The notes: generated from the sequence alone by a model not told the origin. A stretch of DNA of 64,000 nucleotides from Prochlorococcus sp. AG-679-M23 (GCA_003208875.1 QCUR01000001.1:96001-160000); one strand, 5' to 3'; shown: positions 19,168 through 29,730, counted from the stretch's first letter. Numbers and translations are program-made.

Positions 19168-19557
19168 ATGCCTAATAATTATCGGATTGCAAAAGTTTCT
19201 TCTTTGTTGAAAAAAGAGATAACTCTTATTTTGCAGAATGATTTGGAAAATGATCTATTAAGGAGTAATTTCATTAATATTTCAAAAATAGATTTATCAG
19301 GAGATTTGCAATTTTGCAAGATTTACATAACTTCAACTGCTGAAGAAGCAATAAGAAAAGAAATTGTTGAAGAATTAAATCTTGCTAAGAGCTATATCAG
19401 GCATACTTTAGGTCAAAGAATAGAGATGAGACGAGTGCCAGAAATGACTTTTAAAGACGATACAGTATTAGAGAAAGGATTGTCAGTACTCAAGCTCCTT
19501 GCGGAATTAAAAAATAAAAAACATAATCAAGATTCAAAAGTTGAGGGAAATAATTAA
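19168..19557 (+). CDS. rbfA: Ribosome-binding factor A
   Basis: DLSGDLQFCKIY and MRRVPEMTFKDD. Confidence 0.92.
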   Translation: MPNNYRIAKVSSLLKKEITLILQNDLENDLLRSNFINISKIDLSGDLQFCKIYITSTAEEAIRKEIVEELNLAKSYIRHTLGQRIEMRRVPEMTFKDDTVLEKGLSVLKLLAELKNKKHNQDSKVEGNN

Positions 19558-19558
19558 A

Positions 19559-20350
19559 ATGTCTGAGCTCTCTTTGAATCAAAAAAATATAATTATTACT
19601 CGATCAAAAGATAAGATATCTGATATAAAAAAGTTATTCACTGATAAAGGAGCTCAAATATTTGATTTTCCAGCAATTGATGTTGGATATCCCGATGATT
19701 TAAATCCTCTTGATGATGCCTTAAGCGAAATTAAAGATTTTCACTGGATTATTTTTACCAGTAGTAATGGAATACAATTTGTTGATGAGAGATTAAGAAA
19801 TTTAAATACTTCATTAAAAGAATGTTCGAAGAAAATAAAAATTGCTGTAGTAGGGGAGAAAACTTCCTTAACTCTAAGCGATTTAGGTATTGAGGCTGAT
19901 TTCGTCCCCCCAGAATTTGTAGCCGAAAGTTTAATTGAAAATTTTCCTGTATCAGGATATGGACTCAGAGTTTTTTTGCCAAGAGTTCAATCAGGAGGAA
20001 GGAATTTCATAGCTGATGAATTCAGGAATTCTGGTTCGCGTGTTGTAGAGGTTCCAGCCTATGAAACAAGATGTCCGGATTCAATTCCTATAGAAACAAT
20101 AAATGCTATCTCTAACAGAAAAATTGATGCAATGGTTTTTTCAAGTGGTAAAACAGTATTAAATTCTTCTTTCTTGCTTGAAAAAGAATTTGGGGAAAAG
20201 TGGTTAACCTATCTAGAAAATGCAAAATTATTAACTATTGGACCTCAAACTTCAAAAATGTGTGGAAAAACTTTTGGCAGAGTTGATAGAGAGGCGGTTA
20301 AGTACACTTTTGAAGGATTATTAGATGCTGCAATTGATATTTTTAATTAG
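19559..20350 (+). CDS. hemD: Uroporphyrinogen-III synthase
   Basis: IIITR, WIIFTSSNG, AVVGEKT, AYET, IGPQT. Confidence 0.92.
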   Translation: MSELSLNQKNIIITRSKDKISDIKKLFTDKGAQIFDFPAIDVGYPDDLNPLDDALSEIKDFHWIIFTSSNGIQFVDERLRNLNTSLKECSKKIKIAVVGEKTSLTLSDLGIEADFVPPEFVAESLIENFPVSGYGLRVFLPRVQSGGRNFIADEFRNSGSRVVEVPAYETRCPDSIPIETINAISNRKIDAMVFSSGKTVLNSSFLLEKEFGEKWLTYLENAKLLTIGPQTSKMCGKTFGRVDREAVKYTFEGLLDAAIDIFN

Positions 20351-20813
20351 TTAATTCATTGTTATAATTTTTTTCTACTAAATCTCGAAATCTATCAATA
20401 TTTGCTTGTAATTCATTAGTTACCATTTTACCCAAAATTTTTTCTTCCATAAATCGAGCAATCATTCTAGGTAATTCGTAGGTAACAGCTAAGTTTACTG
20501 ATGTTAATTGGTCTCCTTTTGATTCAAAAATAACAGAACCCTGAGTTGGTAATCCTCCAATAGATTTCCATTTTAATTTATTTTTCTCAATCCTTTCTGT
20601 TATTTGTGCCTTCCATTTAAATTTGAATCCATTAGCAGCTAAAGTCCATTCAGTCAGATCAGGTAAAGTTGATGTCTCTTGATCAATTGTTTTTACCGAT
20701 TCAATCCAGCTCATCCACAGAGACATGGAATCCAAATCACTCCAGGTGTTCCAAACGTTATCTAATGGCGCATTAACAATTGTAATTACGTCATGTTTAA
20801 GCCAAGTACCCAT
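20343..20813 (-). CDS. SRPBCC (START/Coq10-like) ligand-binding protein
   Basis: VNAPLDNVWNTW...WM...LKWKS fold pattern. Confidence 0.85.
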   Translation of the reverse strand: MGTWLKHDVITIVNAPLDNVWNTWSDLDSMSLWMSWIESVKTIDQETSTLPDLTEWTLAANGFKFKWKAQITERIEKNKLKWKSIGGLPTQGSVIFESKGDQLTSVNLAVTYELPRMIARFMEEKILGKMVTNELQANIDRFRDLVEKNYNNELTN

Positions 20814-20815
20814 AG

Positions 20816-22270
20816 TTAGCTGACCGCAAGATTCTTTGCTAATTCAGCTTTCTTATCTAAAATTGCTGCTGCTGCTAGATGACCGCTCATAGTAGCCCCC
20901 TCCATTGAATCTATATAGTCTTGTTTTGTATAACTGCCTGCCATAAAGAAATTTGATATTGAAGTCTTTTGATCAGGTCTATATGGGTCCATACCTGGCG
21001 ATTCTCTATAAAGTGATTGTGGAACTTGTACGACATTACTCCAAAGCAATTTTAGATTTTTCGAAGAAGGAAATAGGCGACGCACTTCAGAATCAATTTC
21101 TTTAGTGATTCTCTCTGTTGATCTACCCATCCAACGATCTCCAGGAGTCAAAACACATTGAAGTAAAGATCCCATTCCTTCCTTTCTATAATCTACGGGA
21201 CTTGCTAAAGCTAAATCTGCGAAACAACTGAAAGATGCATCTGCTGAATATAAAAGATTATCTAAACCCGTAGGGTTTTTACTTTTGTTATCGTTTTTTA
21301 ATTCGGTAACCCATCCATCATATCTTAATTGAATTGTCGCTACTGCAACAGCTCTGAGTTTTTTTAAACCCTCAAACTCCTTAAATTGATACCATTCTTT
21401 AGGAACTATTTTTTTAATTCCAGGAACATCACAAGCAGCGAGAAATGTATCAGCAAATATAGCCTTTGGGCCCTCAGGAGTGGATATTTTAAGTTGCGTG
21501 ACCGAGTAGGAGGAAGATTCTTTTTCAAAAATAATTTCGTCCACCTTATGATTTAAGTGGATTTTGCATCCTTTTTTTGTTATGTAATCAACGATAGGTT
21601 TTGTAAGCCATTTATGAGGGGATCCTTTTAAAAGATTAAGTTTAGAGGCTTCAGTCTTAGATGCAAACATCATAAAAATAGTTAACATGCATCTTGCCGA
21701 AATATCTTGACAATTTATGAAACCTAATGCGTATGCAATTGGATCCCACATCCTTTCAAGACTTCTTAAGCTTCCGCCATGATTTAAAAACCATTCTTTA
21801 AAGCTAATTTTATCTAAGTCTCTTATTATCTTCATTGCACCCTCGTAATCTACTAATCCTCTAACTATCGGACTAGTTCCTAAAGCTAATGCATTTCTTA
21901 ACTTATCTACCCAAGTCAATTGTTCTGTAGTGAAAAAAGCCTTTAGACCGTTAAAAGGGGCTCCTAAGGCAAATCTAAAATCCAAAGATTTTAAATCACC
22001 ACCTTTATTTACAAATAAATGAGTATGTTCTTTCGGAAGCAAATTATCTAATGCTCCAACTTTTTTCATGAGTTTAAATAGATTTGCATAGTTATAAAAA
22101 AATACATGTAATCCCATCTCTATGTGGTTACCATCTTTATCTTCCCAACTTCCAACTTTTCCGCCCCAGAATGATCTGCTTTCGTAAATCTCTACTTCAT
22201 GTCCTTCATCAACTAGGTTAACTGCCGCTGTTAAACCTGCCAAGCCAGAACCTACTATTGCTATTTTCAC
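20816..22270 (-). CDS. zds: Zeta-carotene desaturase
   Basis: [25 protein letters not shown]. Confidence 0.95.
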   Translation of the reverse strand: MKIAIVGSGLAGLTAAVNLVDEGHEVEIYESRSFWGGKVGSWEDKDGNHIEMGLHVFFYNYANLFKLMKKVGALDNLLPKEHTHLFVNKGGDLKSLDFRFALGAPFNGLKAFFTTEQLTWVDKLRNALALGTSPIVRGLVDYEGAMKIIRDLDKISFKEWFLNHGGSLRSLERMWDPIAYALGFINCQDISARCMLTIFMMFASKTEASKLNLLKGSPHKWLTKPIVDYITKKGCKIHLNHKVDEIIFEKESSSYSVTQLKISTPEGPKAIFADTFLAACDVPGIKKIVPKEWYQFKEFEGLKKLRAVAVATIQLRYDGWVTELKNDNKSKNPTGLDNLLYSADASFSCFADLALASPVDYRKEGMGSLLQCVLTPGDRWMGRSTERITKEIDSEVRRLFPSSKNLKLLWSNVVQVPQSLYRESPGMDPYRPDQKTSISNFFMAGSYTKQDYIDSMEGATMSGHLAAAAILDKKAELAKNLAVS

Positions 22271-22369
22271 TTTTTTTATAGATTATAACAAATCAACTTT
22301 GTATATTGCTTGAAATATGCATGATGTGTCTATATTTTTTATAGTGTAGTTATACGTTTATGTGTATTT

Positions 22370-22762
22370 ATGGAAAATGTAAAAATAGAAGAAAAAATAA
22401 AGACCTCAGATGACGGAAAGGGAATTTTAATAACCAATGATGCCATAGAGCAAATATCTTCTTTATTGAATAATCAGACTGATAAGAAAGCTCTCAGAGT
22501 TGGGGTAAGATCTGGAGGATGCAGTGGTATGAGTTATACGATGGATTTTATTGGTGGAGATGAAATAAATGCAGATGATAAAGTATATGATTATTCATTA
22601 AGTTCCGAACAAACCTTCAAAGTAATATGCGACCCAAAAAGTCTTCTATATATTTACGGCATGCAACTAGATTTCAGTAAAGATTTAATTGGTGGAGGTT
22701 TTAATTTCGTTAATCCTAATGCTTCACAAACTTGTGGCTGCGGAAGCTCTTTTGCAGTTTAG
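22370..22762 (+). CDS. A-type Fe-S cluster assembly protein (IscA/SufA/HesB)
   Basis: GGCSG and NPNASQTCGCGSSF. Confidence 0.93.
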   Translation: MENVKIEEKIKTSDDGKGILITNDAIEQISSLLNNQTDKKALRVGVRSGGCSGMSYTMDFIGGDEINADDKVYDYSLSSEQTFKVICDPKSLLYIYGMQLDFSKDLIGGGFNFVNPNASQTCGCGSSFAV

Positions 22763-22770
22763 AAAAAAAT

Positions 22771-23199
22771 ATGACAGATGACATTAATCCAATTGAATCC
22801 GATTTCAATGCTGCCTTATCTAGATATCAAGATGGCCAAGAGTTAATACCAATTGCACAAGATTTTCAAAAAATCATTCAACAAATACCCAACCACTTTG
22901 CTGCTTGGACTTGTTTATCTTGGTTGCAGCTTCTATTGAAGAATAATGAAGAAGCATTAGCAGCAGCTAGAGAAGCGGTTCGCTTAAATCAGCAAGACCC
23001 GCAAGCAAGAATGAATTTGTCGTTAGCTCTATTGGCTACAAATAATAAAGGTGTTAGAGAGCATGTTCAATTAATTAAAAAAATGGCAATGATGATGCCT
23101 GATGTAAGGACAGAGTTAAAAGAGTCAGTTGAAGATGGATTTAATAGATATCCAAACTGGCCAGAATTAACCAAAATTAATAAATGGTTAGAATTTTAA
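22771..23199 (+). CDS. TPR-like protein
   Basis: Helical repeat pattern (AWTCLSW...EALAAAREAVRLN.DPQARMNL); ATG at 22771. Confidence 0.8.
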   Translation: MTDDINPIESDFNAALSRYQDGQELIPIAQDFQKIIQQIPNHFAAWTCLSWLQLLLKNNEEALAAAREAVRLNQQDPQARMNLSLALLATNNKGVREHVQLIKKMAMMMPDVRTELKESVEDGFNRYPNWPELTKINKWLEF

Positions 23200-23200
23200 A

Positions 23201-24400
23201 TTGTCCAGAATTTTACTATTAAGTAATGGACATGGAGAAGATATATCTGGTAGTTTATTAGCCAAATATTTTGTAAAGAAAGGTGATCTTGTAGATGCAC
23301 TACCTATTGTGGGTGATGGTGAAAATTACAAAAAAGTAAATATAAGAATAATTGGTAAAACCAAAAAATTTAGAACTGGTGGTATTGGTTATAATTCTTT
23401 TAGAGGAAGAATATTCGAAATATTTGGAGGACAAATAATTTACTTTTTTAAAAAATTATATTTGTCTTATAAATTAAGAAATAAATATGATTTTTATTTA
23501 GTCATTGGAGATATAGTTCCTGTTTTTTTTGCATGGTTTGCTAAAAAAGATTTTTTTACATATTTAGTAGCATACTCTAGTCACTATGAGGGAAAATTGA
23601 AACTACCTTGGCCTTGTAAGTTTTTTTTAATTTCAAAATATGCAAAAAAAATATATGCCAGGGATTTTCTAACAGCAGATGATTTAACTCAACAATTAAG
23701 AAAAAAAGTATCTTTTTTAGGTAATCCATTTATGGATAAGTTTTCTTCTTTTGAAAATAAATCGAAAATCGTTCCTTTTAATATTGGGTTATTTCCTGGA
23801 AGTAGATTTCCTGAACTTTTAGATAATTTGAAATTAATTTTAGAAGTTTTAGAGACAATGTCTAAGTTACAATATTTTGAGAATATCGCATTCAAGTTTG
23901 CCATAGTAAAAGCTCTTTCTATGGAAGAAATTAGGCAGATACTAAATCAACGAAAATGGATTTATATAGAAAAAAAAGGAAAAAATGATGGTCTAGAATT
24001 TACATATGGATTCATTACGATTAATTTGAACTGGAATTTGTTTGAAGAAATATTATTTGAAAGTAATTTCGTAATAAGTATGGCTGGAACTGCATCAGAG
24101 CAGGCAGTCGGTTTAGCAAAGCCAGTTATTCAAATTGAAGGCAATGGTCCGCAATTTACAAAATCTTTTGCAGAAGCTCAAAGACGATTACTTGGTAGAT
24201 ATGTTTTTTGTTCTACCCATTATATAAATAAGAAAGATCAAATAAATCAGACAATAAATCTAATCCTTAAAGTTATTTATCTGATAAAGCTAGACAAAAA
24301 GTTTTTGGTTTCTTGTCATGATAATGCAAATCTAAGAATCGGAGAGAGTAATTCATGCCTTAAGATAATTAATGATATAAAAGGGTTTCATGAAAAATGA
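23201..24400 (+). CDS. Lipid-A-disaccharide-synthase-related glycosyltransferase (TIGR03492-like)
   Basis: LSNGHGED, GNPFMD, LFPGSR, MAGTASEQAVGL. Confidence 0.85.
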   Translation: MSRILLLSNGHGEDISGSLLAKYFVKKGDLVDALPIVGDGENYKKVNIRIIGKTKKFRTGGIGYNSFRGRIFEIFGGQIIYFFKKLYLSYKLRNKYDFYLVIGDIVPVFFAWFAKKDFFTYLVAYSSHYEGKLKLPWPCKFFLISKYAKKIYARDFLTADDLTQQLRKKVSFLGNPFMDKFSSFENKSKIVPFNIGLFPGSRFPELLDNLKLILEVLETMSKLQYFENIAFKFAIVKALSMEEIRQILNQRKWIYIEKKGKNDGLEFTYGFITINLNWNLFEEILFESNFVISMAGTASEQAVGLAKPVIQIEGNGPQFTKSFAEAQRRLLGRYVFCSTHYINKKDQINQTINLILKVIYLIKLDKKFLVSCHDNANLRIGESNSCLKIINDIKGFHEK

Positions 24401-24666
24401 CTAAACAGAAATCTGAATCAAAGTTGAAAGTGATTGTTGATAATTTGTTATTGATAAATTTATTCGTTGTTATTTTTTTTGCAATATTTTTTATTTTTGC
24501 AGTAATTATGCAAATTAATGGAGTATTTATTTTCCTTAATATTTTTCAGAATCTTTGGAATCCACTCATCACACCTTTAATCACTATTTTAATTGTAAGT
24601 GCAGTAGTTAATGGAATTAATTCTTGGTGGAGGCGTAAATGGCTTTCTCAAGAAGAGGATATTTAA
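24397..24666 (+). CDS. Small two-TM hypothetical protein
   Basis: ATGA overlap with upstream gene, two hydrophobic helices, LWNPLITP. Confidence 0.65.
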   Translation: MTKQKSESKLKVIVDNLLLINLFVVIFFAIFFIFAVIMQINGVFIFLNIFQNLWNPLITPLITILIVSAVVNGINSWWRRKWLSQEEDI

Positions 24667-25549
24667 ATTTATATATTTTTTCTTGTAATTTAATGCTGAT
24701 CACTTTTTGGCCCTCTAGTACTAATTTTGCCCCATCACCTAATAATAATTTCAGTATTGATCCTGGCACTGGGAGTAGATCTGGTCTTTTGAGGCATCTA
24801 CCTAAAGTTTTGGAGAAATACTTCATTAATACTGGCTCTGGTGCAACAGCGTTATATACCCCGGAAAATTGTTTATCTACTAATGCTTTAATTATTAATC
24901 CACATAAATCACTTCTATGAATCCAACTCATCCATTGATTCCCATCTCCGATTGGACCTCCCAGTCCAATTTTAAATACTGGAAGCATTTTTCCTAGTGC
25001 ACCTCCTTCTGCTTCTAAGACTATTCCGATTCTGAAAATTACTAATCTTGAGAAAAATGGTTTTCCGTTCGCAACTTCCTCCCATTTATTGCAAAGGTCA
25101 GCTAAAAAATCGTTACCACTCTGACTATTTTCATTGAACTCTTGAGTTAAGCTTGTCCCATAAAACCCTATTGCCGAACCATTTACTATGACTTTTGGAT
25201 TGATTCTGGATTTTTTCAGGGTTTCCATCAAAAACTTAGTTGTATTAATCCTGCTTTTTTTTATCTCTTCTTTTTGAACATCAGTCCATTTTTTATCTGC
25301 TATTGGTTCACCTATTAAATTAATTATTCCATCAGAATCTTTTAAATTGCTTAATAGATTTTCATTGCTCCAATTTTGTTTTTTTGAAAGATCTATTTTA
25401 AGAAATTTAAATTTATCTAGCGGAATATTTATCTTCAAATTATTAATATTTTTTCTACTGATAATGCAAAGTTCGTGGCCTTCTTTGAGTAAAGCTGGGA
25501 CTAACTCTTTTCCCACAAAACCCGTACATCCAAGGAGTAGCAGACGCAT
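24617..25549 (-). CDS. TIGR01777-family NAD-dependent epimerase/oxidoreductase
   Basis: GCTGFVG, NLIGEPI, SAIGFYG, GDGNQWMSWIH. Confidence 0.9.
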   Translation of the reverse strand: MRLLLLGCTGFVGKELVPALLKEGHELCIISRKNINNLKINIPLDKFKFLKIDLSKKQNWSNENLLSNLKDSDGIINLIGEPIADKKWTDVQKEEIKKSRINTTKFLMETLKKSRINPKVIVNGSAIGFYGTSLTQEFNENSQSGNDFLADLCNKWEEVANGKPFFSRLVIFRIGIVLEAEGGALGKMLPVFKIGLGGPIGDGNQWMSWIHRSDLCGLIIKALVDKQFSGVYNAVAPEPVLMKYFSKTLGRCLKRPDLLPVPGSILKLLLGDGAKLVLEGQKVISIKLQEKIYKFKYPLLEKAIYASTKN

Positions 25550-25690
25550 ATTTTTAATTATGTAATAAATCTAGACTATTTAAATTTTGTATCGATTGTA
25601 ATTATTATGGTGTAATCAATTTAAAAAAAATTAATGAAAAAAGTTTTTGTATAATATATTTAGAAATCTATTAAATTAATAAATCTCATC

Positions 25691-25933
25691 ATGACTGAGT
25701 CGATACCCAAGAAGCTCCTTAAGAAAGGAAGCTTAGTCTTTATAGATAAAAGTATTTATAATGAAAGTGTCGAAGCATTAGCTAGTGATCAAGATTTACC
25801 TAGTTATATATTTGAAGGTCCTGGGGAAATTCTAAGTATTAAAGAAGAATATGCTCAAGTAAGGTGGCGTCGTCCAGTACCAGATGTTTGGTTTAAATTA
25901 GACCAAATTAAAGAATATATAGTTTCAGAATAG
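25691..25933 (+). CDS. ndhO: NDH-1 subunit O
   Basis: KKGSLV...SVEALASD..PSYIFEGPGE...PVPDVW. Confidence 0.9.
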   Translation: MTESIPKKLLKKGSLVFIDKSIYNESVEALASDQDLPSYIFEGPGEILSIKEEYAQVRWRRPVPDVWFKLDQIKEYIVSE

Positions 25934-25937
25934 TTAT

Positions 25938-26615
25938 TCAAGAAATTATAGATTTTTTATCATAAGCCATTTTTGATTGTATTCTTTTTGCTTCTTTCAT
26001 CATTTCTTTTCCATCAAATAAATAATCATCTACATATCCTTGTGTGTACTTATCCAGTTCCGATAAAGCATCTTTAACTTGAGAAAAACAATGATAAAGA
26101 TCTAAACCTAAAGAGGATATTGAATTGGGCACAGATATTGACTTATAAAGCTTATCAACTTTTTCAATTTTTCTTTGGGAAACGGTAATGTAACTGCAAA
26201 AATTATCCATCAATTCTTCATCATATGGATCAGCAGATAGTTCTTTAATTTCTTGACTCAAAGGTTTGATTATTTGGGTAATAAATCTATTGGTAGGATT
26301 ATAAATATTTTTAATCCAATTTTTAACTTCATTATCTTTTATTGTAGAACTATATTTTGTTGTATTAACTTTCTCTTCCCAATTTTCATTCCTGAAATTA
26401 GATGATTGTTTTAGTGAAAATAGGGTTTTATCATATTGTTCTTTTTTAAAAGGATCATTAAGAGTCTCCCATGCATCTTGTATTGCAAGAAACCTATCTT
26501 TTTCACCTCCTGCATCGGGGTGATGTTGTTTAACTAAGCGACGATAAGAAGATTTTATTTCACCTTGAGTTGCATTTTCCTTTACCTCTAATTCTTTATA
26601 AAGATTTTTGATCAT
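25938..26615 (-). CDS. J-domain (DnaJ-type) co-chaperone
   Basis: N-terminal J domain with HHPD; cyanobacterial ADPYD C-terminal domain. Confidence 0.9.
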   Translation of the reverse strand: MIKNLYKELEVKENATQGEIKSSYRRLVKQHHPDAGGEKDRFLAIQDAWETLNDPFKKEQYDKTLFSLKQSSNFRNENWEEKVNTTKYSSTIKDNEVKNWIKNIYNPTNRFITQIIKPLSQEIKELSADPYDEELMDNFCSYITVSQRKIEKVDKLYKSISVPNSISSLGLDLYHCFSQVKDALSELDKYTQGYVDDYLFDGKEMMKEAKRIQSKMAYDKKSIIS

Positions 26616-26631
26616 ATCTAAATACCCTTGC

Positions 26632-27600
26632 CTATAGATAACCGTCTTTTCTAGCTTTAATTACAGTATTTGATTCAAACATTGCTGTAGATAAGTATCT
26701 TTCACCAAAACTCGGAAGAATCACTATTAATCTTTGATTAATAAGCTCTTCCCTTTGACCTATTTTGATTGTTGCTGCCAAAGCAGCTCCGCTGCTAATT
26801 CCTGATAAAAGCCCCTCTAATCGAGCTAATAACCTCCCATAATAAAATGCTTCGTCATCATCTATCTTGAAAATTTCATCTATTAATTGAGTATCAAGTA
26901 CCTTAGGAACGAAGCCTGCACCGATCCCCTGGATAGAATGAGAACCAGCTTTTTCTCCTGAAATTACAGCGCTTTTTGCGGGCTCTACTGCATATATTTT
27001 GCAATTTGGATTGACTTTTTTTAGAAATCGAGAACATCCAGTTATGGTTCCTCCAGTGCCAACTCCGGTAACTAATCCATCAATAGTTTGATTAGATTGG
27101 TCCCAAATTTCTTTAGCTGTGGTTCTTTCATGAATTTCTGGATTTGCAAGATTTTCAAACTGATTAAACTGAAAGCTATTTGGAATACTTGAAGATAATT
27201 CACTTGCTAAATCTAGAGCACCTTTCATTCCTTCTTTGCCTGGAGTGAGTTGTAATTCTGCCCCATATGCTCTTAGCATTGCCCTTCTCTCAATACTCAT
27301 AGTATCTGGCATAGTTAATATCAATCTATAACCTTTAGCTGCTGCAACCATTGCTAAAGCAATTCCAGTATTTCCACTTGTAGCCTCAATTAATGTTGTT
27401 TTCCCCGGTGAAATTAAACCATCTTTTTCAGCTGAATTTAACATCGAATAAGCAATACGATCTTTGACAGATGCTGATGGATTAAAACTTTCAAGTTTCG
27501 CTATTATTTCTGGATGACAATTACAGTATTTTTTTATGCGATCTAATTTTACTAATGGTGTGTTGCCAACTAAAGAAGTAATATCACCTGCTATTTCCAT
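26632..27600 (-). CDS. cysK: Cysteine synthase A
   Basis: SVKDRIA (PLP lysine), TSGNTG, GTGGT, ERYLST; ATG at 27600. Confidence 0.95.
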   Translation of the reverse strand: MEIAGDITSLVGNTPLVKLDRIKKYCNCHPEIIAKLESFNPSASVKDRIAYSMLNSAEKDGLISPGKTTLIEATSGNTGIALAMVAAAKGYRLILTMPDTMSIERRAMLRAYGAELQLTPGKEGMKGALDLASELSSSIPNSFQFNQFENLANPEIHERTTAKEIWDQSNQTIDGLVTGVGTGGTITGCSRFLKKVNPNCKIYAVEPAKSAVISGEKAGSHSIQGIGAGFVPKVLDTQLIDEIFKIDDDEAFYYGRLLARLEGLLSGISSGAALAATIKIGQREELINQRLIVILPSFGERYLSTAMFESNTVIKARKDGYL

Positions 27601-27757
27601 GGAGAAAATTTCTACAAAATTAAATTTGTTCAATATTAGTTTAAATGTATTTATATGTCTTTTATAAAAAAATTTTAAATTGAACTTAATTTCAAAACAA
27701 CTTCTTAGAAAAGATTGTTCTATAGTTTGTTTATAATATAAAATTTACAATTCTTTT

Positions 27758-28027
27758 ATGTATTCTCTTGAAATAAGTCTAAGATATTCCCCCTTTCCCC
27801 TTTCAATTCAGAAGAAAGAGTATGAGGATATTAAAAGAATCTATGATGAAATCAAAGATTCTATGAATAGTGATAACCAAAACTCTTCTTTAATCGAATT
27901 AAGTTGTGAAAAAGTTCAGGATAAATTGATAACTGTTCTTGCTAAAGAAGTTATTTCTGTTCAGATATATGAAAAGTCAGCAGTTGCTGGTGGATCAAAA
28001 AGACCTGGATTTTCCTTAGATATTTAA
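27758..28027 (+). CDS. Conserved cyanobacterial small protein (UPF0367-like)
   Basis: PLSIQKK...LSCEK...RPGF pattern. Confidence 0.7.
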   Translation: MYSLEISLRYSPFPLSIQKKEYEDIKRIYDEIKDSMNSDNQNSSLIELSCEKVQDKLITVLAKEVISVQIYEKSAVAGGSKRPGFSLDI

Positions 28028-28028
28028 A

Positions 28029-28712
28029 ATGATCGAGATCGAGGATACTTTGCAAAATGGAGTACCTAATGTAACTTTCAAAAATGTCAGTTTTTCATGG
28101 CCAGGAAAAAATGAGCATGTAATAAATAATTGTAATTTTTCTATTAATAAAACTGGGTTATGGATGATTGTTGGTAAAAATGGAAGCGGAAAGAGTACCT
28201 TGCTTAAGTTAATTAATGGACTTCTAAAACCAAGCAATGGAGTCATAAATAAATTAGCGAACATTGGGATGGTTTTTCAGAATCCTGATCATCAAATATT
28301 AATGCCAAACTGTAGGAGTGAACTTCTTCTGAATATTAATCAAAATTTAAGTAGAAAAGATATTTCTAATAAAATTGATATTGCTCTAAACAAGGTTGGA
28401 TTAGCTGGATTTGATAAAAGGTCGATTCATACATTAAGTGGCGGTCAAAAACAACGTTTAACTATTGCATCTTCATTGATAAGTGATAAGAATTTCATTC
28501 TTATGGATGAGCCCACAGCGCTATTAGATAGTTCTAGTCAATTAGCAGTTTTAAAAATAATTAAGGGCCTTACAAAGAATAAAAGAAACCCATTCACTGC
28601 TTTATGGATTACTCATCGTTTAGAGGAATTAAGTTATGCAGATGCAGTTGCAGAGATGAAGAATGGAAATTTATCAGATTGGCAGAAACCATTTAACTTT
28701 CAATATAATTAA
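28029..28712 (+). CDS. ECF-type (CbiO-like) ABC ATPase
   Basis: GKNGSGKST, VFQNPDHQ, LSGGQKQR, MDEPT, ITH. Confidence 0.9.
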   Translation: MIEIEDTLQNGVPNVTFKNVSFSWPGKNEHVINNCNFSINKTGLWMIVGKNGSGKSTLLKLINGLLKPSNGVINKLANIGMVFQNPDHQILMPNCRSELLLNINQNLSRKDISNKIDIALNKVGLAGFDKRSIHTLSGGQKQRLTIASSLISDKNFILMDEPTALLDSSSQLAVLKIIKGLTKNKRNPFTALWITHRLEELSYADAVAEMKNGNLSDWQKPFNFQYN

Positions 28713-28722
28713 GGTTTACCCC

Positions 28723-28752
28723 TTGTCATAAGGTACATGTAAGAGTTAAATT
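28723..28752 (+). promoter_or_regulatory. Putative sigma70 promoter of tRNA-Asn
   Basis: TTGTCA, 18-bp spacer, TAAATT, ending 9 bp before the tRNA. Confidence 0.45.
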
Positions 28753-28761
28753 TTTATATGT

Positions 28762-28833
<72 letters not shown>

Positions 28834-28859
28834 TTTATTTCTCCTTAATAAGAGGTATT

Positions 28860-28881
28860 GAGATCTTCGGGTCTCTTTTTT
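28860..28881 (+). terminator. Intrinsic terminator after tRNA-Asn
   Basis: GAGATC-TTCG-GGTCTC stem with a C(UUCG)G tetraloop followed by T6. Confidence 0.8.
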
Positions 28882-28945
28882 ATTTGAAATACAACTAACT
28901 AAAGAGGAAAACTTTAAAAGCGCCTCATAACCCACTTCTAAAGAA

Positions 28946-29305
28946 TTAATCATCCCACATGTCTTGTTTAATCTGTTCGATATTATTTTTTTCAAGCAAT
29001 TCTAATCTATGCTCTTTTGAATCTTCTTCAAAATTTTGTAAGTTTTCGTTGTTTGCAAATTTTTGTTGAATCTCCAAAATTATAATCTCAAATTGATCAC
29101 CATAAAATTTAGACATTTCCATCCATGCTTCCATTTCCTCCTCTTTTCCAATTGTGTCGTTTATCTGATGGCTAATTATTTCTAAAACAAATTCTTTTAA
29201 CTCTCTATGGCTCATGCATTCAACTTTTTTTTGAATATAAAGTTCTTTGAGATGTTGTAACTGCTTTTTAGATAAATCGGTGTAAGTAATAGATTTCTTT
29301 TTCAT
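28946..29305 (-). CDS. Hypothetical acidic helical protein
   Basis: 119-aa ATG ORF that fills the gap, with protein-like composition. Confidence 0.7.
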   Translation of the reverse strand: MKKKSITYTDLSKKQLQHLKELYIQKKVECMSHRELKEFVLEIISHQINDTIGKEEEMEAWMEMSKFYGDQFEIIILEIQQKFANNENLQNFEEDSKEHRLELLEKNNIEQIKQDMWDD

Positions 29306-29730
29306 TAATATTCAGTTTGTTTTTATAATTAAGTTAACAATTAGCATCTAAAAAAGATTTTCAGTCACAAATAATTTACATATTATTCTACGAAAAAAAT
29401 CTAGTTTAAAAACAAAAGATTTAAATTGGTATGATAACAATCACCTGAATTTATTACTTTCATATATTTTAATATCCATGTTTTGATTAGAATTTATCTA
29501 CCATTACTTGCCGATTTATATTGAATTATTAAGTAATTATTAAGCAAATCGAAAGAATTCATAAAATTTATATTTTCTTTTTAGTTGATATTTCCCTCTA
29601 ATCCCTTGAAGTAATTAGTTTTTTTATTGTAATAACTTATATAAGTCTTTAAATTAGGTCTGCAATAAATGCAAAATGTTGAGAGAATCGTTATACAAAA
29701 TCTTAATTTCAGTTTAATAATCGGTCAGAT

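Noticed and set aside
28834..29730. Possible genomic island or att site at tRNA-Asn
   Set aside because: No integrase, no duplicated tRNA 3' end and no cargo genes.
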